Shown here: positions 1 through 12,224 of the stretch, in pieces | How the letters are laid out: every line of letters begins with the position of its first letter | Numbering within the stretch: position 1 is the first letter of the stretch | DNA from: Octopus bimaculoides | Lineage: Eukaryota | Reading direction: 5' to 3' | Length of the DNA stretch: 64,000 nt | Assembly: GCF_001194135.2 (NCBI RefSeq) | Contig: NC_068991.1 | Coordinates: 27,069,371 to 27,133,370 of the forward strand | Notes under the pieces: generated by a model | Seen by the model: the letters and a program-made list of their open reading frames with translations, nothing else | What the model was told of the DNA's origin: nothing | Databases searched by the model: none | Made by a program: the position numbers and the translations under genes

Positions 1-44
<44 letters not shown>

Positions 45-864
45 CGTGTGTGTGTGCATATGCGTATGTGAGTGCGTGGGTGTACGTGCATGCGTATGTA
101 TTTATCAATTGATATGTTTACATATATATATATATGCATATACATATAAGTTTATCTTAATCTTTTTGAAGCGATTCTATACTGTCATTTTCTCTCTCAT
201 CCTTTCTCTAATTCCCTTTTCTCTCTCCTTCACCGCTTTCTATCTCTCTCTCTCTCTCTCCCTCTTTCTCCTGTTTCCTCTCTCGTTGTTCACACGTGAC
301 CATTGTCCATCTTTCTTTTCTTCACGTGATCATCTTTCTTTTCTTTCAGGACTGCTATAAGGAGTAGATGCATCCTATCGCTCTCTCTTCTATCTTTTCT
401 CTTGTCAGAGAAAATATTTCTCCAGCGTTCGCTATTTTACCCTCGTTCTAGTCTAACGATCCTTTATGTTAGTTTTCGTTCGGTTTCCTTCTATGTCTAC
501 ACCCCCCACCAATAAATCCCAAATTTCAATTTGGTACTTATGGCAGGAACTGTCTTCGAAGACTCATATTGTCGTTCAATGCTCTATATCAGGAGTAGAT
601 GGACAGCCGACAACTGATGAAGAGTCGTTCTTTATGTTACTTGTCATGCTTGCCATATTGAACTCATTTGTATTTCATGTTGCTTACTGTTGGTGACGTT
701 TTTGCGCCATATCTGCATATATATCTATATATATATATATATATATGTTCTTGTACTTGGGGATGGTCATATTGCCAGTTTTGCCAATAAAAACACACGC
801 ACTGTATATTTGGTGTTAATTTGCTTCAGCTTTATATTACATTGTATTACATTAATCCTATTTC

Positions 865-909
865 GGCCAGAGTTCTTTCGTCACACTTCTGTGACCTCAT
901 CAGTGGTCC
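865..909 (-). ncRNA. Candidate type I hammerhead ribozyme in a probable Penelope-like terminal repeat
   Basis: Reverse complement reads GGACCA-CUGAUGA-G-GUCACA(GAAG)UGUGAC-GAA-A(GAAC)U-C-UGGCC. It has the exact core, a 6-bp stem II, a UC cleavage site and a CCA/UGG stem I. No ORF is attached. Confidence 0.6.
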
Positions 910-1001
910 TTTTCTTTCTTCTTTCTTCTGTGTGTCTCACTTTGCTAACTATCAGTCATTCAGCCATTTATATATATAGGTGCAGCATTGGTTGTGTGGT
1001 G

Positions 1002-1837
1002 NNNNNNNNNNNNNNNNNNNNNNNNNNNNNNNNNNNNNNNNNNNNNNNNNNNNNNNNNNNNNNNNNNNNNNNNNNNNNNNNNNNNNNNNNNNNNNNNNNN
1101 NNNNNNNNNNNNNNNNNNNNNNNNNNNNNNNNNNNNNNNNNNNNNNNNNNNNNNNNNNNNNNNNNNNNNNNNNNNNNNNNNNNNNNNNNNNNNNNNNNNN
1201 NNNNNNNNNNNNNNNNNNNNNNNNNNNNNNNNNNNNNNNNNNNNNNNNNNNNNNNNNNNNNNNNNNNNNNNNNNNNNNNNNNNNNNNNNNNNNNNNNNNN
1301 NNNNNNNNNNNNNNNNNNNNNNNNNNNNNNNNNNNNNNNNNNNNNNNNNNNNNNNNNNNNNNNNNNNNNNNNNNNNNNNNNNNNNNNNNNNNNNNNNNNN
1401 NNNNNNNNNNNNNNNNNNNNNNNNNNNNNNNNNNNNNNNNNNNNNNNNNNNNNNNNNNNNNNNNNNNNNNNNNNNNNNNNNNNNNNNNNNNNNNNNNNNN
1501 NNNNNNNNNNNNNNNNNNNNNNNNNNNNNNNNNNNNNNNNNNNNNNNNNNNNNNNNNNNNNNNNNNNNNNNNNNNNNNNNNNNNNNNNNNNNNNNNNNNN
1601 NNNNNNNNNNNNNNNNNNNNNNNNNNNNNNNNNNNNNNNNNNNNNNNNNNNNNNNNNNNNNNNNNNNNNNNNNNNNNNNNNNNNNNNNNNNNNNNNNNNN
1701 NNNNNNNNNNNNNNNNNNNNNNNNNNNNNNNNNNNNNNNNNNNNNNNNNNNNNNNNNNNNNNNNNNNNNNNNNNNNNNNNNNNNNNNNNNNNNNNNNNNN
1801 NNNNNNNNNNNNNNNNNNNNNNNNNNNNNNNNNNNNN
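1002..1837. other. Assembly gap (N run); others at 2794-3435, 7806-8724, 16483-16888, 19040-19094, 21896-21947, 27560-28015, 33844-33988, 35596-36219, 50504-51113, 53490-54424, 56973-57284, 62314-62574
   Basis: N runs, most abutting (TA)n, (TG)n or (CA)n tracts. Confidence 0.99.
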
Positions 1838-3436
1838 TATATATATATATATATATACATATATGAGTGTGTGTGTGTGTGTATACATGTATGTGTGTGT
1901 GCCTGTGTATATATACTTATATACACACATAGTTATCGAAACAGGGAAAAGCAAATAATCGATACGTAAGGTAGCAGATAACATGAAATCAAAGACATTA
2001 TTAAAATGGCCATCACGTTCAGTAAATAGGCCAAGTTGTTCTTGAAAATAAACGTAACGTTTGATCAATATGAGGATGGAAGTAAGAAAATCTTTGAATT
2101 CTTTGAAAAATAAATTATTTTATTTTTTATGTGCTGACACTGTGTTATTATTAAAATCAAGAAAATAAGAGTGTAGAGGAATAAATTCGACCTAGCAAAA
2201 AAATATATTGTCTGTAACATATGTCCAATGTTTCCTAATTTGAATTGTTAAATTCTTAAGTGAATTTATATTGATATATTCTCAAAAAGATATTAATAAC
2301 TTTCTTGGTGAACCTGGTGGTTGGCGTGCATAACAATGATTTAATTAAATCTCATGATATTAATGTAATTTTGCTGTTTTTAATTGTTGGAAATGTTGAA
2401 AGTAACGTCGATCATGGCATGAGTTCTACATAATATATTAAGGAAACGATAACGTTCTAATGAGAGTCTTTATGTACTGTACAACTCATTTGAAGTTATG
2501 TGGGCTCGGCGCTTTTTATTCATATAGTCGTGACTATCCTTTCGTATGCTTGATTTATTCAAACTAATATCCTCTTATGTTTTAAGGCCAATGCTTTAAT
2601 AATCACCTCGCTTCCAAGGACGATCTCTTTAGGGACGATCGTTTTAGAGTTTGGTGGTGTGTCATGTGTATGTATCTCTATGTACAAGTATATGTAAAGG
2701 TGTATAGATATTCGTAGACTTATTTCTGGATTCATAACCATAAATGTACACACGCACACGCTTGCTTACATATTTATGCATGTATGTATATGTNNNNNNN
2801 NNNNNNNNNNNNNNNNNNNNNNNNNNNNNNNNNNNNNNNNNNNNNNNNNNNNNNNNNNNNNNNNNNNNNNNNNNNNNNNNNNNNNNNNNNNNNNNNNNNN
2901 NNNNNNNNNNNNNNNNNNNNNNNNNNNNNNNNNNNNNNNNNNNNNNNNNNNNNNNNNNNNNNNNNNNNNNNNNNNNNNNNNNNNNNNNNNNNNNNNNNNN
3001 NNNNNNNNNNNNNNNNNNNNNNNNNNNNNNNNNNNNNNNNNNNNNNNNNNNNNNNNNNNNNNNNNNNNNNNNNNNNNNNNNNNNNNNNNNNNNNNNNNNN
3101 NNNNNNNNNNNNNNNNNNNNNNNNNNNNNNNNNNNNNNNNNNNNNNNNNNNNNNNNNNNNNNNNNNNNNNNNNNNNNNNNNNNNNNNNNNNNNNNNNNNN
3201 NNNNNNNNNNNNNNNNNNNNNNNNNNNNNNNNNNNNNNNNNNNNNNNNNNNNNNNNNNNNNNNNNNNNNNNNNNNNNNNNNNNNNNNNNNNNNNNNNNNN
3301 NNNNNNNNNNNNNNNNNNNNNNNNNNNNNNNNNNNNNNNNNNNNNNNNNNNNNNNNNNNNNNNNNNNNNNNNNNNNNNNNNNNNNNNNNNNNNNNNNNNN
3401 NNNNNNNNNNNNNNNNNNNNNNNNNNNNNNNNNNNN

Positions 3437-3500
<64 letters not shown>

Positions 3501-3779
3501 GCAGATTTTTGGGTAGTGATATTTCCTTTACGTTATATTTCCTAACTGGAATTAGGTAAATGGAACTTGTTAAATATATTGTACTGGCATTTCAAACAGT
3601 ACCCCCTTCTCTTGCACACTTTCATAATTAAGTCTACCTGACATTATGTTGATGATACGCCTGTCAGTGGACTGCTCAGTAAGTTGTAATGGTACTTCGT
3701 GTCATAGTAATTGCATTAATCAGTCACGCGAAATTTCATCGTTGCCAAACACACGGACACACGCACATGCACGCTCACA

Positions 3780-3820
<41 letters not shown>

Positions 3821-4202
3821 ATACACACATGCATATATATACGTCTGCGTTTGATGTGAATGAATGTCGTCTCGTTTGTATGTGCATGTACGTATGTGAA
3901 CAAAAATGTGTGTGTGTGTAGAATGTTGAAAATGAACACACGAGTTTATATGTATGGAAAAAACGTAAAGGTAGAAACTGCTACAATAATTTTATAAAAA
4001 ACATTTCAGTACCAGTTTCAGTCATTGAGACTTTATCAACTGTAAGTATAGAAAACAATTAAATTTTGGAAAATTAAAAGAAGTTTTTTTTAAAAGACTA
4101 TTTGCATAGTGTTCCAATACAAGTGGCATTTTCCTTGTTACTGCTTGTTTCTGTGTCTTGTTTACTCTTGTGAATTCGAAGCTGTTTTGAATTCTTGGTA
4201 GG

Positions 4203-4316
4203 GAAGAAGAAGAAGAAGAAGAAGAAGAAGAAGAAGAAGAAGAAGAAGAAGAAGAAGAAGAAGAAGAAGAAGAAGAAGAAGAAGAAGAAGAAGAAGAAGA
4301 AGAAGAAGAAGAAGAA
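4203..4316. repeat. Perfect (GAA)38 microsatellite
   Basis: Directly visible. Confidence 0.97.
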
Positions 4317-6057
4317 ACCGGGAAACTGGAACCATGAGCCTGGCTAGGCTTTCAAAGGTCGCATAAATAAATAATGTTATATCCAGATACATATGGTATA
4401 TTTTCTATGAATATAAATATATATCCTCTATTTTATATATTGTAGCAAACTCGTGTCTTCAAAGTTGCAGACAATTTTAGCAAGGATAGACAGTGTTGCA
4501 TCAAGACAATGAGGAAAGCCAATGATAAATAACAGTAATCTAATAAACGTAGATATATATTTGTGAAATTGATAACCATAAAGCATTTCAGTTCCCTTTT
4601 GGTGAAAATACCGGCTACTTCAGAACAACTTTTCTCACTCTAGTATTCTAGCATTTGTCGTTTCTTACTGACATTCTCTCCCACCCCGTCTTTTGTTTAT
4701 TTTGCCTCTAGAAGCGTGGTCGACGTGAAACACATTGCGTTTTATTACATGGGGTGGGGGTCCGTGTGCGTGTGTGTCTGTGCATGCGTGTGTGTGAGTG
4801 TTCATGTTTGTGTATGCGTGTGTATGTGTGTGTGTGTGTGTAATTGTTTGTATATGTGTGTATATATAAATGTTTGTATGCATTTATACACATACATATA
4901 ACACCTCCTGTATTTGTGTGCGTCCGATGTGTGTCTGTGGGTGTGCACGTCTGTTAAAATCTGTATCTTTACATTTCTTCTATGCTAGTAAGAATCACTG
5001 TACGAATTGTATGTAATGTTTTACATGCTCTATTTATTCAGATACAATCGCAATACAACAGAAATGTACCAGTAATATAATCGAGTTGTATAAATCAAGA
5101 GTAACTCGTAACTACTTGCGAGTTGCAAAAACAGCCAGCGTCTTGTTTAAGAATTAGATCAATATTGTTCAGGTTCCGATATTTTGTTTTGATAGATTTA
5201 TGATATACCGAGAGAGATTTATTCCCTGCCAGCAGCGATTAACTATGGTTCGCTGATTGCTTGCTAGAGGAATAATTCTCAGCATCAATCAATGACATTT
5301 GCGTTACTAAGTACACTGATTTCATTCTATATCTGACGAAATATTAGGAATGGAAATATAGTATTCATGTATTTGCTGTAATGCTACTGTTGTTTTGCTG
5401 TCGTTGATTTGTCAGTTTCGGGACTCGGCTGTCTCATTTTGCTAAATACTTACATTGTTTCACCAACCTCCTTCATGAACGATTAACCTTCCTTTGTAGT
5501 ATTATATAGTTATATATGCGTAGGTTATTCTGTATAAGCGTGAAAGGTATTGCAATTGTTCAGTAAGTTGATTGATTTACAATAGAAGCAATAAAATGGC
5601 CGCCCTTGAGTATGAAAGCCATTTATTCAAATGAATAGACATATACCTCTAAGTCTTTTCCGTGGTCCGTCTGACAGTCCCTTTCATGAGGTGTTATCAT
5701 CTTTCGAGTCTTCTTTGTTCGCATGTATGTTATGTACTTATTGCACTCACCTCTGCCAACCATTGTGTGTATGCCTGTCTTCTTGTTTGTCTATCATTCA
5801 TTCTATCGTATTTTGCCTATATTAACTACCAAATTTTCTATTTACGCTTTCTAGAATCTATTTATATTCATACACATGTATTTGGCTACTGGACTCAAAG
5901 GTGTTGAAATACTAAATTATTATTTGTTCGTTCAAATGTTACTGCATTATTTCGCTATGTTCTCCATACAGCAAAGTAGACTTCATGACTGACATAAATA
6001 AATAGTTGCTTTCGTTTTAATGTAAATTGTATGTACTATCCCGATATTGCGCTGTTG

Positions 6058-6230
6058 CTTAGGCGGTGGATTGATAGAATTGATACAGAGTCGGAATAAA
6101 TTATCTGCAGGATTTCTTTACATTCTGAGTTCGAAGATTGTCGTGGTCAAGGTTACTTTAATATTACTTCTGGGTCGATGAAGGGGTATAGCAGCTAGGC
6201 ACTGGGGTAGATAGTATCGACTAATCTTCA
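6058..6230 (+). mobile_element. Degenerate tRNA-derived SINE, family A
   Basis: aggcggtggattgatagaat...ctgagttcgaagattgtcgtggtcaagg...tgggtcgatg resembles the better copies at 21432-21658. Confidence 0.55.
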
Positions 6231-7458
6231 CATTTATTGTTTGCATTGTTGTATTGCCTTGTTTTGTTGTATTGGTTGCATTGTGCCACAGTTAACATGT
6301 CACGATTTCATGCCATCTATTACATGCGTGCATATTATTTATAATATGTAGTTATTTAATTATTTATGCCTAATTGAGAATATAATTTTTCACAGCTAGT
6401 GCTATATTTACTTTTATTAGCTATGATGGTACAGACAGTATATTCAACATATGATGCACTTGATAATAATTCAACGACCGACAAATAAAGATAGCATTTC
6501 AAACACGGGGAGGACAGAAAAAATCTACTTTTGATTTCTTATACTCTAAAACATAGGGAATATTAGGTTGTTAATAAAATATAGATTTTTAAAACATAAA
6601 AAAATCAACATTGAGTGAATTTCCACCATATGTATTTTCGATAAATGGAAATTATCATGTAGGTTTGAAGACCCTGTGCATTATTATTCTGTATTGGGCC
6701 CATGGTGGGTGCTAAAATTCTCGCAAGCCCGACGGAATGCAACCCAAATCAAAAGTACACCCTATGTGATACTAAGATACTAGATGCTATCTAAGATACG
6801 ACACAGTGAATGAATAAAAAGAGATACGGTCCTGACTGGACTCTCTTTGTCCAGTGTAAAAAGTCTGACATCGAGATAAGCAAGGAAAACTGTAGTGCAA
6901 CTAGAACTGCACAAAGATAAGAAAAAACACTGTCAATATTTATAGCAAGAACCATTTCATATATGAGTCGTAATATCAAACCCTACAAAATTTATAGACA
7001 GAAAGGTGTGTAACAGAAGAAAATATTGAATTTCATTTTTGGTCATTCCGAAAAGTTGTTCTCACGAATTATGAATGAAAAGGATTACTTCAAGAACATT
7101 TTTGAATATTTGCATTAGTCGAGCAAAGATTAATAATTTAGAAGGTATTTGTCCAATTCTTTTATTCTCATTACACCAATACATACGTGTAGACAAAACT
7201 TCTAACAAAATACTGAAAGGTGTAAGTTTTGTCGAATACTTCACAATGTTTCCCATTCTCCTGCTATAAAACATCCTTAATGAATAAAAATGGTTATTAC
7301 ATCGAATATTAAAACAACAGAAATCATTGATAAATTAAGGAGAATTTATGTTTTCAAAAATAAAGAACACGTTATTTGATGGTCGTAATAGGGATGAGAA
7401 AAAAGATGATACGAACTTTGTAAGCAGGAGTATTGATATATATATATATATATATTTA

Positions 7459-7676
7459 CATATAACGTTGACCCCCTAAAGTGGACATTTAATGTGCTAG
7501 AAATAGACCACATCTTGTGTCTACTAAGACCTAAATTGTTCTGAAAATGAAATTCAGCGGAATACCAATTCCGCTGAATTTCGTTTTGAGAACAATTTAG
7601 GTCTTAGTAGACACAAGATGTGGTCTGGTCTATTTCTAGCACATTAAATGTCCACTTTTGTGGTCAACGTTATATA
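7459..7676. mobile_element. Palindromic MITE/foldback hairpin, about 105-bp arms and a 4-nt loop
   Basis: 7459-7563 is a near-perfect reverse complement of 7568-7676, with a few substitutions and one GGTCT duplication in the right arm; TA-rich flanks. Confidence 0.8.
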
Positions 7677-9499
7677 TAAAAATATACTTTAATCCCCTAA
7701 GATCTCAGATATTTTTTCTGAATCTCTCTGATTCTTTAAAGTGCTATCTTCCTGGTAATAAGTCGATATTAATTAATATATGATTTTTTACCCTGTTTTA
7801 TATATNNNNNNNNNNNNNNNNNNNNNNNNNNNNNNNNNNNNNNNNNNNNNNNNNNNNNNNNNNNNNNNNNNNNNNNNNNNNNNNNNNNNNNNNNNNNNNN
7901 NNNNNNNNNNNNNNNNNNNNNNNNNNNNNNNNNNNNNNNNNNNNNNNNNNNNNNNNNNNNNNNNNNNNNNNNNNNNNNNNNNNNNNNNNNNNNNNNNNNN
8001 NNNNNNNNNNNNNNNNNNNNNNNNNNNNNNNNNNNNNNNNNNNNNNNNNNNNNNNNNNNNNNNNNNNNNNNNNNNNNNNNNNNNNNNNNNNNNNNNNNNN
8101 NNNNNNNNNNNNNNNNNNNNNNNNNNNNNNNNNNNNNNNNNNNNNNNNNNNNNNNNNNNNNNNNNNNNNNNNNNNNNNNNNNNNNNNNNNNNNNNNNNNN
8201 NNNNNNNNNNNNNNNNNNNNNNNNNNNNNNNNNNNNNNNNNNNNNNNNNNNNNNNNNNNNNNNNNNNNNNNNNNNNNNNNNNNNNNNNNNNNNNNNNNNN
8301 NNNNNNNNNNNNNNNNNNNNNNNNNNNNNNNNNNNNNNNNNNNNNNNNNNNNNNNNNNNNNNNNNNNNNNNNNNNNNNNNNNNNNNNNNNNNNNNNNNNN
8401 NNNNNNNNNNNNNNNNNNNNNNNNNNNNNNNNNNNNNNNNNNNNNNNNNNNNNNNNNNNNNNNNNNNNNNNNNNNNNNNNNNNNNNNNNNNNNNNNNNNN
8501 NNNNNNNNNNNNNNNNNNNNNNNNNNNNNNNNNNNNNNNNNNNNNNNNNNNNNNNNNNNNNNNNNNNNNNNNNNNNNNNNNNNNNNNNNNNNNNNNNNNN
8601 NNNNNNNNNNNNNNNNNNNNNNNNNNNNNNNNNNNNNNNNNNNNNNNNNNNNNNNNNNNNNNNNNNNNNNNNNNNNNNNNNNNNNNNNNNNNNNNNNNNN
8701 NNNNNNNNNNNNNNNNNNNNNNNNGTGGTGGTGGTGGTGGTGATATCGACGATCTTGATGATCAACTTAATAAATTTCAACGACACACAATTCTAACACT
8801 TGATTAAAATGAGAAATGTAAAAAAAAAAAAAAAAAGCGTTTCGCTGATATGGACATCGTGAGAAGCAACAAGTGTAGTTATTTGTTTATTTGTTTATTT
8901 TATGTCTCGGTTAATGTCTGGCTGATAAAAATGTCTTTACGTGTTCGGAAATACTATTTTTGTTCTTCTTTAAATAGATTGATTACTAAGTGTGAAAAGT
9001 CATTCAATCTCAGATCATTTGACGAGATTTCAGAAATATATTTATATCACTTATCACATATTCTACAGTCCTAACTTTAAAAAAAAACAAACAAAAAAAA
9101 ACAGCATAAAAATATGTAATAAGACTCAAAATAAATGGATGGAAATGGAAAGGGAAATAAGTGATATAGATCTAATGACTTACAATAAAATCAATGTTTT
9201 TAATTTATATCGAGACGTCTCGCTTATAATCCTAACACGTCCGTGTCTATTTCGAAAGTACATCCTTAATTCTAGACTTGGGATTTATAGGATGTTGCTA
9301 TAATTGAAGAGATTAGATATCGAAAATAGGAAAAGAACTTAAGCATTTTTTCAATTTACTAGTTATTTTTCTCCATGTTTATGTAGAATACATATTATGT
9401 ATATGTATGCGTATGTGTATACGTATATATGTGTGAGCGTGTATACAGCGAGAGATAGATAGAAATATTCATAGGGGAATGAATAAATAGATGTGTGAG

Positions 9500-11100
9500 T
9501 AAGCGTGTGAGTGAGCGTCGAATTTTGTAGTATTAAGTATCCATCACGGCTGGTCTTATCAATCGGTTTCGCGCAAAAAAATACAATTGAGTGATAGGTA
9601 ACAATTCAATTATATAATTACGCTCATCACAGGTTGCCGATATGGAAGGGGATATAGTGACTGTTCTCTATTTTCGAAGGTGGATTAGCACAACCCGTCA
9701 GCGGCTGCTGTGAAAAAAAGTGGTGAAACGAAAAATGGGCCAGAGGATTGGGCTAGGAGTTATGCTCCTTGGTTGGGTAGACTGGAAAGCCGGCAGAGTT
9801 ATCTTGAAGTGGGAAAAGTGTGTATTATTAACGTGGCGTCCCTGCGGGCATGGGGTGTGTGGTATGTGAAGCGGTGTTATATGAATAAATTTTTTTCCGT
9901 GAGTGTAAGTATATACAGCTCTGTTCGCTGGACTGTTTTCTTTCTGCAAAGGATAAAGTTGTGGGGTCATTATATTAGTGTGCGGTCTGTAATGTGTAAT
10001 GTGTGTGGGAGGTCTGTGTATAAGTGAGGGTACAATTTGCGTGTGGGGGTATATGTTGGGGAGGCGGGGATAGTTACATTCGGGATGTCTGCCTTATAAG
10101 GGTGTACGTGTGTGTACAGGGGTGCATTGGGATTTGTCTTCTTCAAACTGCACTTCCTGCTGCTTTTCAAACACGGCTTGTATCTTTCTACAATTTTCCA
10201 CTTTATGCTGTACTCCGTGGCGCTTTGTTTCAGAGTCCAGACGTGCCTGGCTAGGATTGAGGCGTTACGTCTCTCTGGGATGTCGAATGAGGACTTGCGG
10301 TTGTTAAAGCGCGTTCTGAAAACACCTTCTGTTTCCCTTACATATTTCCGCACGCTCGTTTGTCCACTGGATCCTGTTGCTATTACTTCTGCATTGTAAA
10401 CAACTAATTCCGTATTGTATTGGCCGTTTAGTAGAGAAGTTGTGTTACTCCTACATGAGCATCCTGCCTCAGTCTCGGGTCTGGGCCTACTAAAATCATT
10501 TTTACATTAGGTGCACAGGTAAAGGATAATCTTACGTTATGTCTATTAAATATTTTGTTGAATCTAATGGTATGAGGGAAGTGTCTATCAACTAAACTAA
10601 GGAAGATCTTACCTTCTTTGGTCCTAATGTTTAAAGAGAATGGTGGTGTGAACGACAGTACTTTCCGGTGACGCCTTCTCTTAGTGAGGATATGGTCTGG
10701 CATGTGACTAAAACTATCCGTGAAAACGCTGGCAGACAGAGCCCGGTTGTAGTACGAGGCAGCAGCATCAAAGATCACTTTGCTTGTAGACAAGCTGGAG
10801 ATTTTCCAGCTGACGCCCTTAACCAGGTTCCTGAACAGTATGTCTAGGTGGCAGGAACCGGTGTTAGCGTAAATCATCTTCAGACGAGTATATACTGCCA
10901 TTGATTCGACGACATTTGAGATGTTGTCTAGGTGAATCTAGCCGATGGAAACTAATCAAATTTGCGTTAACAAACGTAATTTGGAAAGTTCGATATCTAG
11001 GGCCTAGATAATCCACATCTGGATTGTAGATTTATTTAATGTTCCTCCTACAGGTAAGATGAATTTTTTTTATGTTCGGCGCCCGCTAACATTTTTGCCA
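9500..11100 (-). mobile_element. Penelope-like retroelement remnant (RT C-terminus, linker, GIY-YIG endonuclease, 3' UTR); 5'-truncated and degenerate
   Basis: ORF 10428-10901 carries FTPPFSLNIRTKEGKIFLSLVDRHFPHTIRFNKIFNRHNVRLSFTCAPNVK, the typical PLE linker. The frame through 9970-10400 gives VVYNAEV...KYVRETEGVFRTRFNNRKSSF...LARHVWTLK...YSIKWKIV, a GIY-YIG domain. Confidence 0.88.
9561..9633 (-). ncRNA. Degenerate hammerhead-like motif with extended stem II in the PLE 3' UTR
   Basis: RC: CU-GUGAUGA-GCGUAA...AUAUAAUUGA/UCAAUUGUAU...UUGCGC-GAAA-CCGAU-U. Stem I is not evident and C3 is G. Confidence 0.35.
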
Positions 11101-11770
11101 GTGTATATACACAGTAAAGCTTTACTATAGCGTCATATATCATCTACTGCTATTTCCTGTAAATATTGGTGCATTGTTGAGCCACTAACTTATATATATA
11201 TATATATAACCGAGTTTGCATCATTGTGTATAGAAGAATATTAACCAAGGAAATTCCAACTATGTCTGGTTTTCACATTTTATTATTTGAAAATTTTACA
11301 ATTTTACAGTATTGAAATACAGTAGTATTTCCTTGCGATATGCAATCATCAGGTTCATGTAATGACAGACGTATTCTGAAATTGACAGCTATGGTAAAAT
11401 AGTTTGAATTATCCTTTAAAAACCCTCCAATGTGCTCCAGCAGGATTAAAATTACGAAATACATTTTGACAAATCAGTATGTTGCTTAGATATCACGACT
11501 TGGGGAACGCACCAATTAAGTTCTAACTGTATTTCAACCAATCAGTATGTAGTTTAGGCGTCACGGTTTTGTGGGCAGGTCCGCATCTGAAAGAATAATT
11601 TTTGGATATATATGGGAATGTTCTAAACATCATTCTTGTTTCTATCAAATTCTATGGTCACAATTCCTTATATTTGTACATTTCAACACTTCTAATCACA
11701 TAAGATCAGAAACCATGAGAGTAATTTATAGTATTATTATTATTTTGTGTTTATTTGTTTTTTCGGGATA

Positions 11771-11836
<66 letters not shown>

Positions 11837-11869
11837 CAGCAGCAGAGGCAGCAGCAGCAGCAATTGTAT

Positions 11870-11920
<51 letters not shown>
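11771..11920. repeat. Compound (TAG)n-(CAG)n-(TAG)n microsatellite
   Basis: Directly visible. Confidence 0.95.
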
Positions 11921-11922
<2 letters not shown>

Positions 11923-12161
11923 TTGTCCATCCTTAGAATCCATTGAACACAGTATATACACACAGCTGACCATATTCTCAATAGAAAAGGAATTTGTCAT
12001 TTAATTCAATAAAATTCTTGACAACTGAAATCCATTTTACACAATATATACATGCCGCTGATCATTTGCAGATTAAAAATGAAATAACGATATACATTGA
12101 TACAAAAATACTTCCTTCCCCAAAACAGCATATTCCAAAATACAAAACACATACACGCGCA

Positions 12162-12224
<63 letters not shown>

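Noticed and set aside
4162-4392. Poly-Leu, poly-Ser/Thr/Val, poly-Asn and poly-Tyr ORFs (also at 11.6-12.0, 22.0 and 45.9-46.1 kb)
   Set aside because: These are translations of trinucleotide microsatellites with no coding context.
4580-4630. Minus-strand CUGAAGU...CU-GAAA motif
   Set aside because: A9 is missing and there is no convincing stem I.
5454-5529. Minus-strand segments with good acceptor and gtaagt donor (also about 9182-9295)
   Set aside because: All three frames contain stops. They could be non-coding exons, but this cannot be supported without transcripts.
6703-7280. Plus-strand frame with relatively few stops as a possible pseudogene
   Set aside because: Several stops remain, there are no recognisable motifs and it is compatible with chance in AT-rich DNA.
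11315-11355. Minus-strand CUGAUGA-UUGC...GCAA-G-GAAA hammerhead-like string
   Set aside because: Stem II lacks the G10.1-C11.1 pair and there is no stem I; likely chance.
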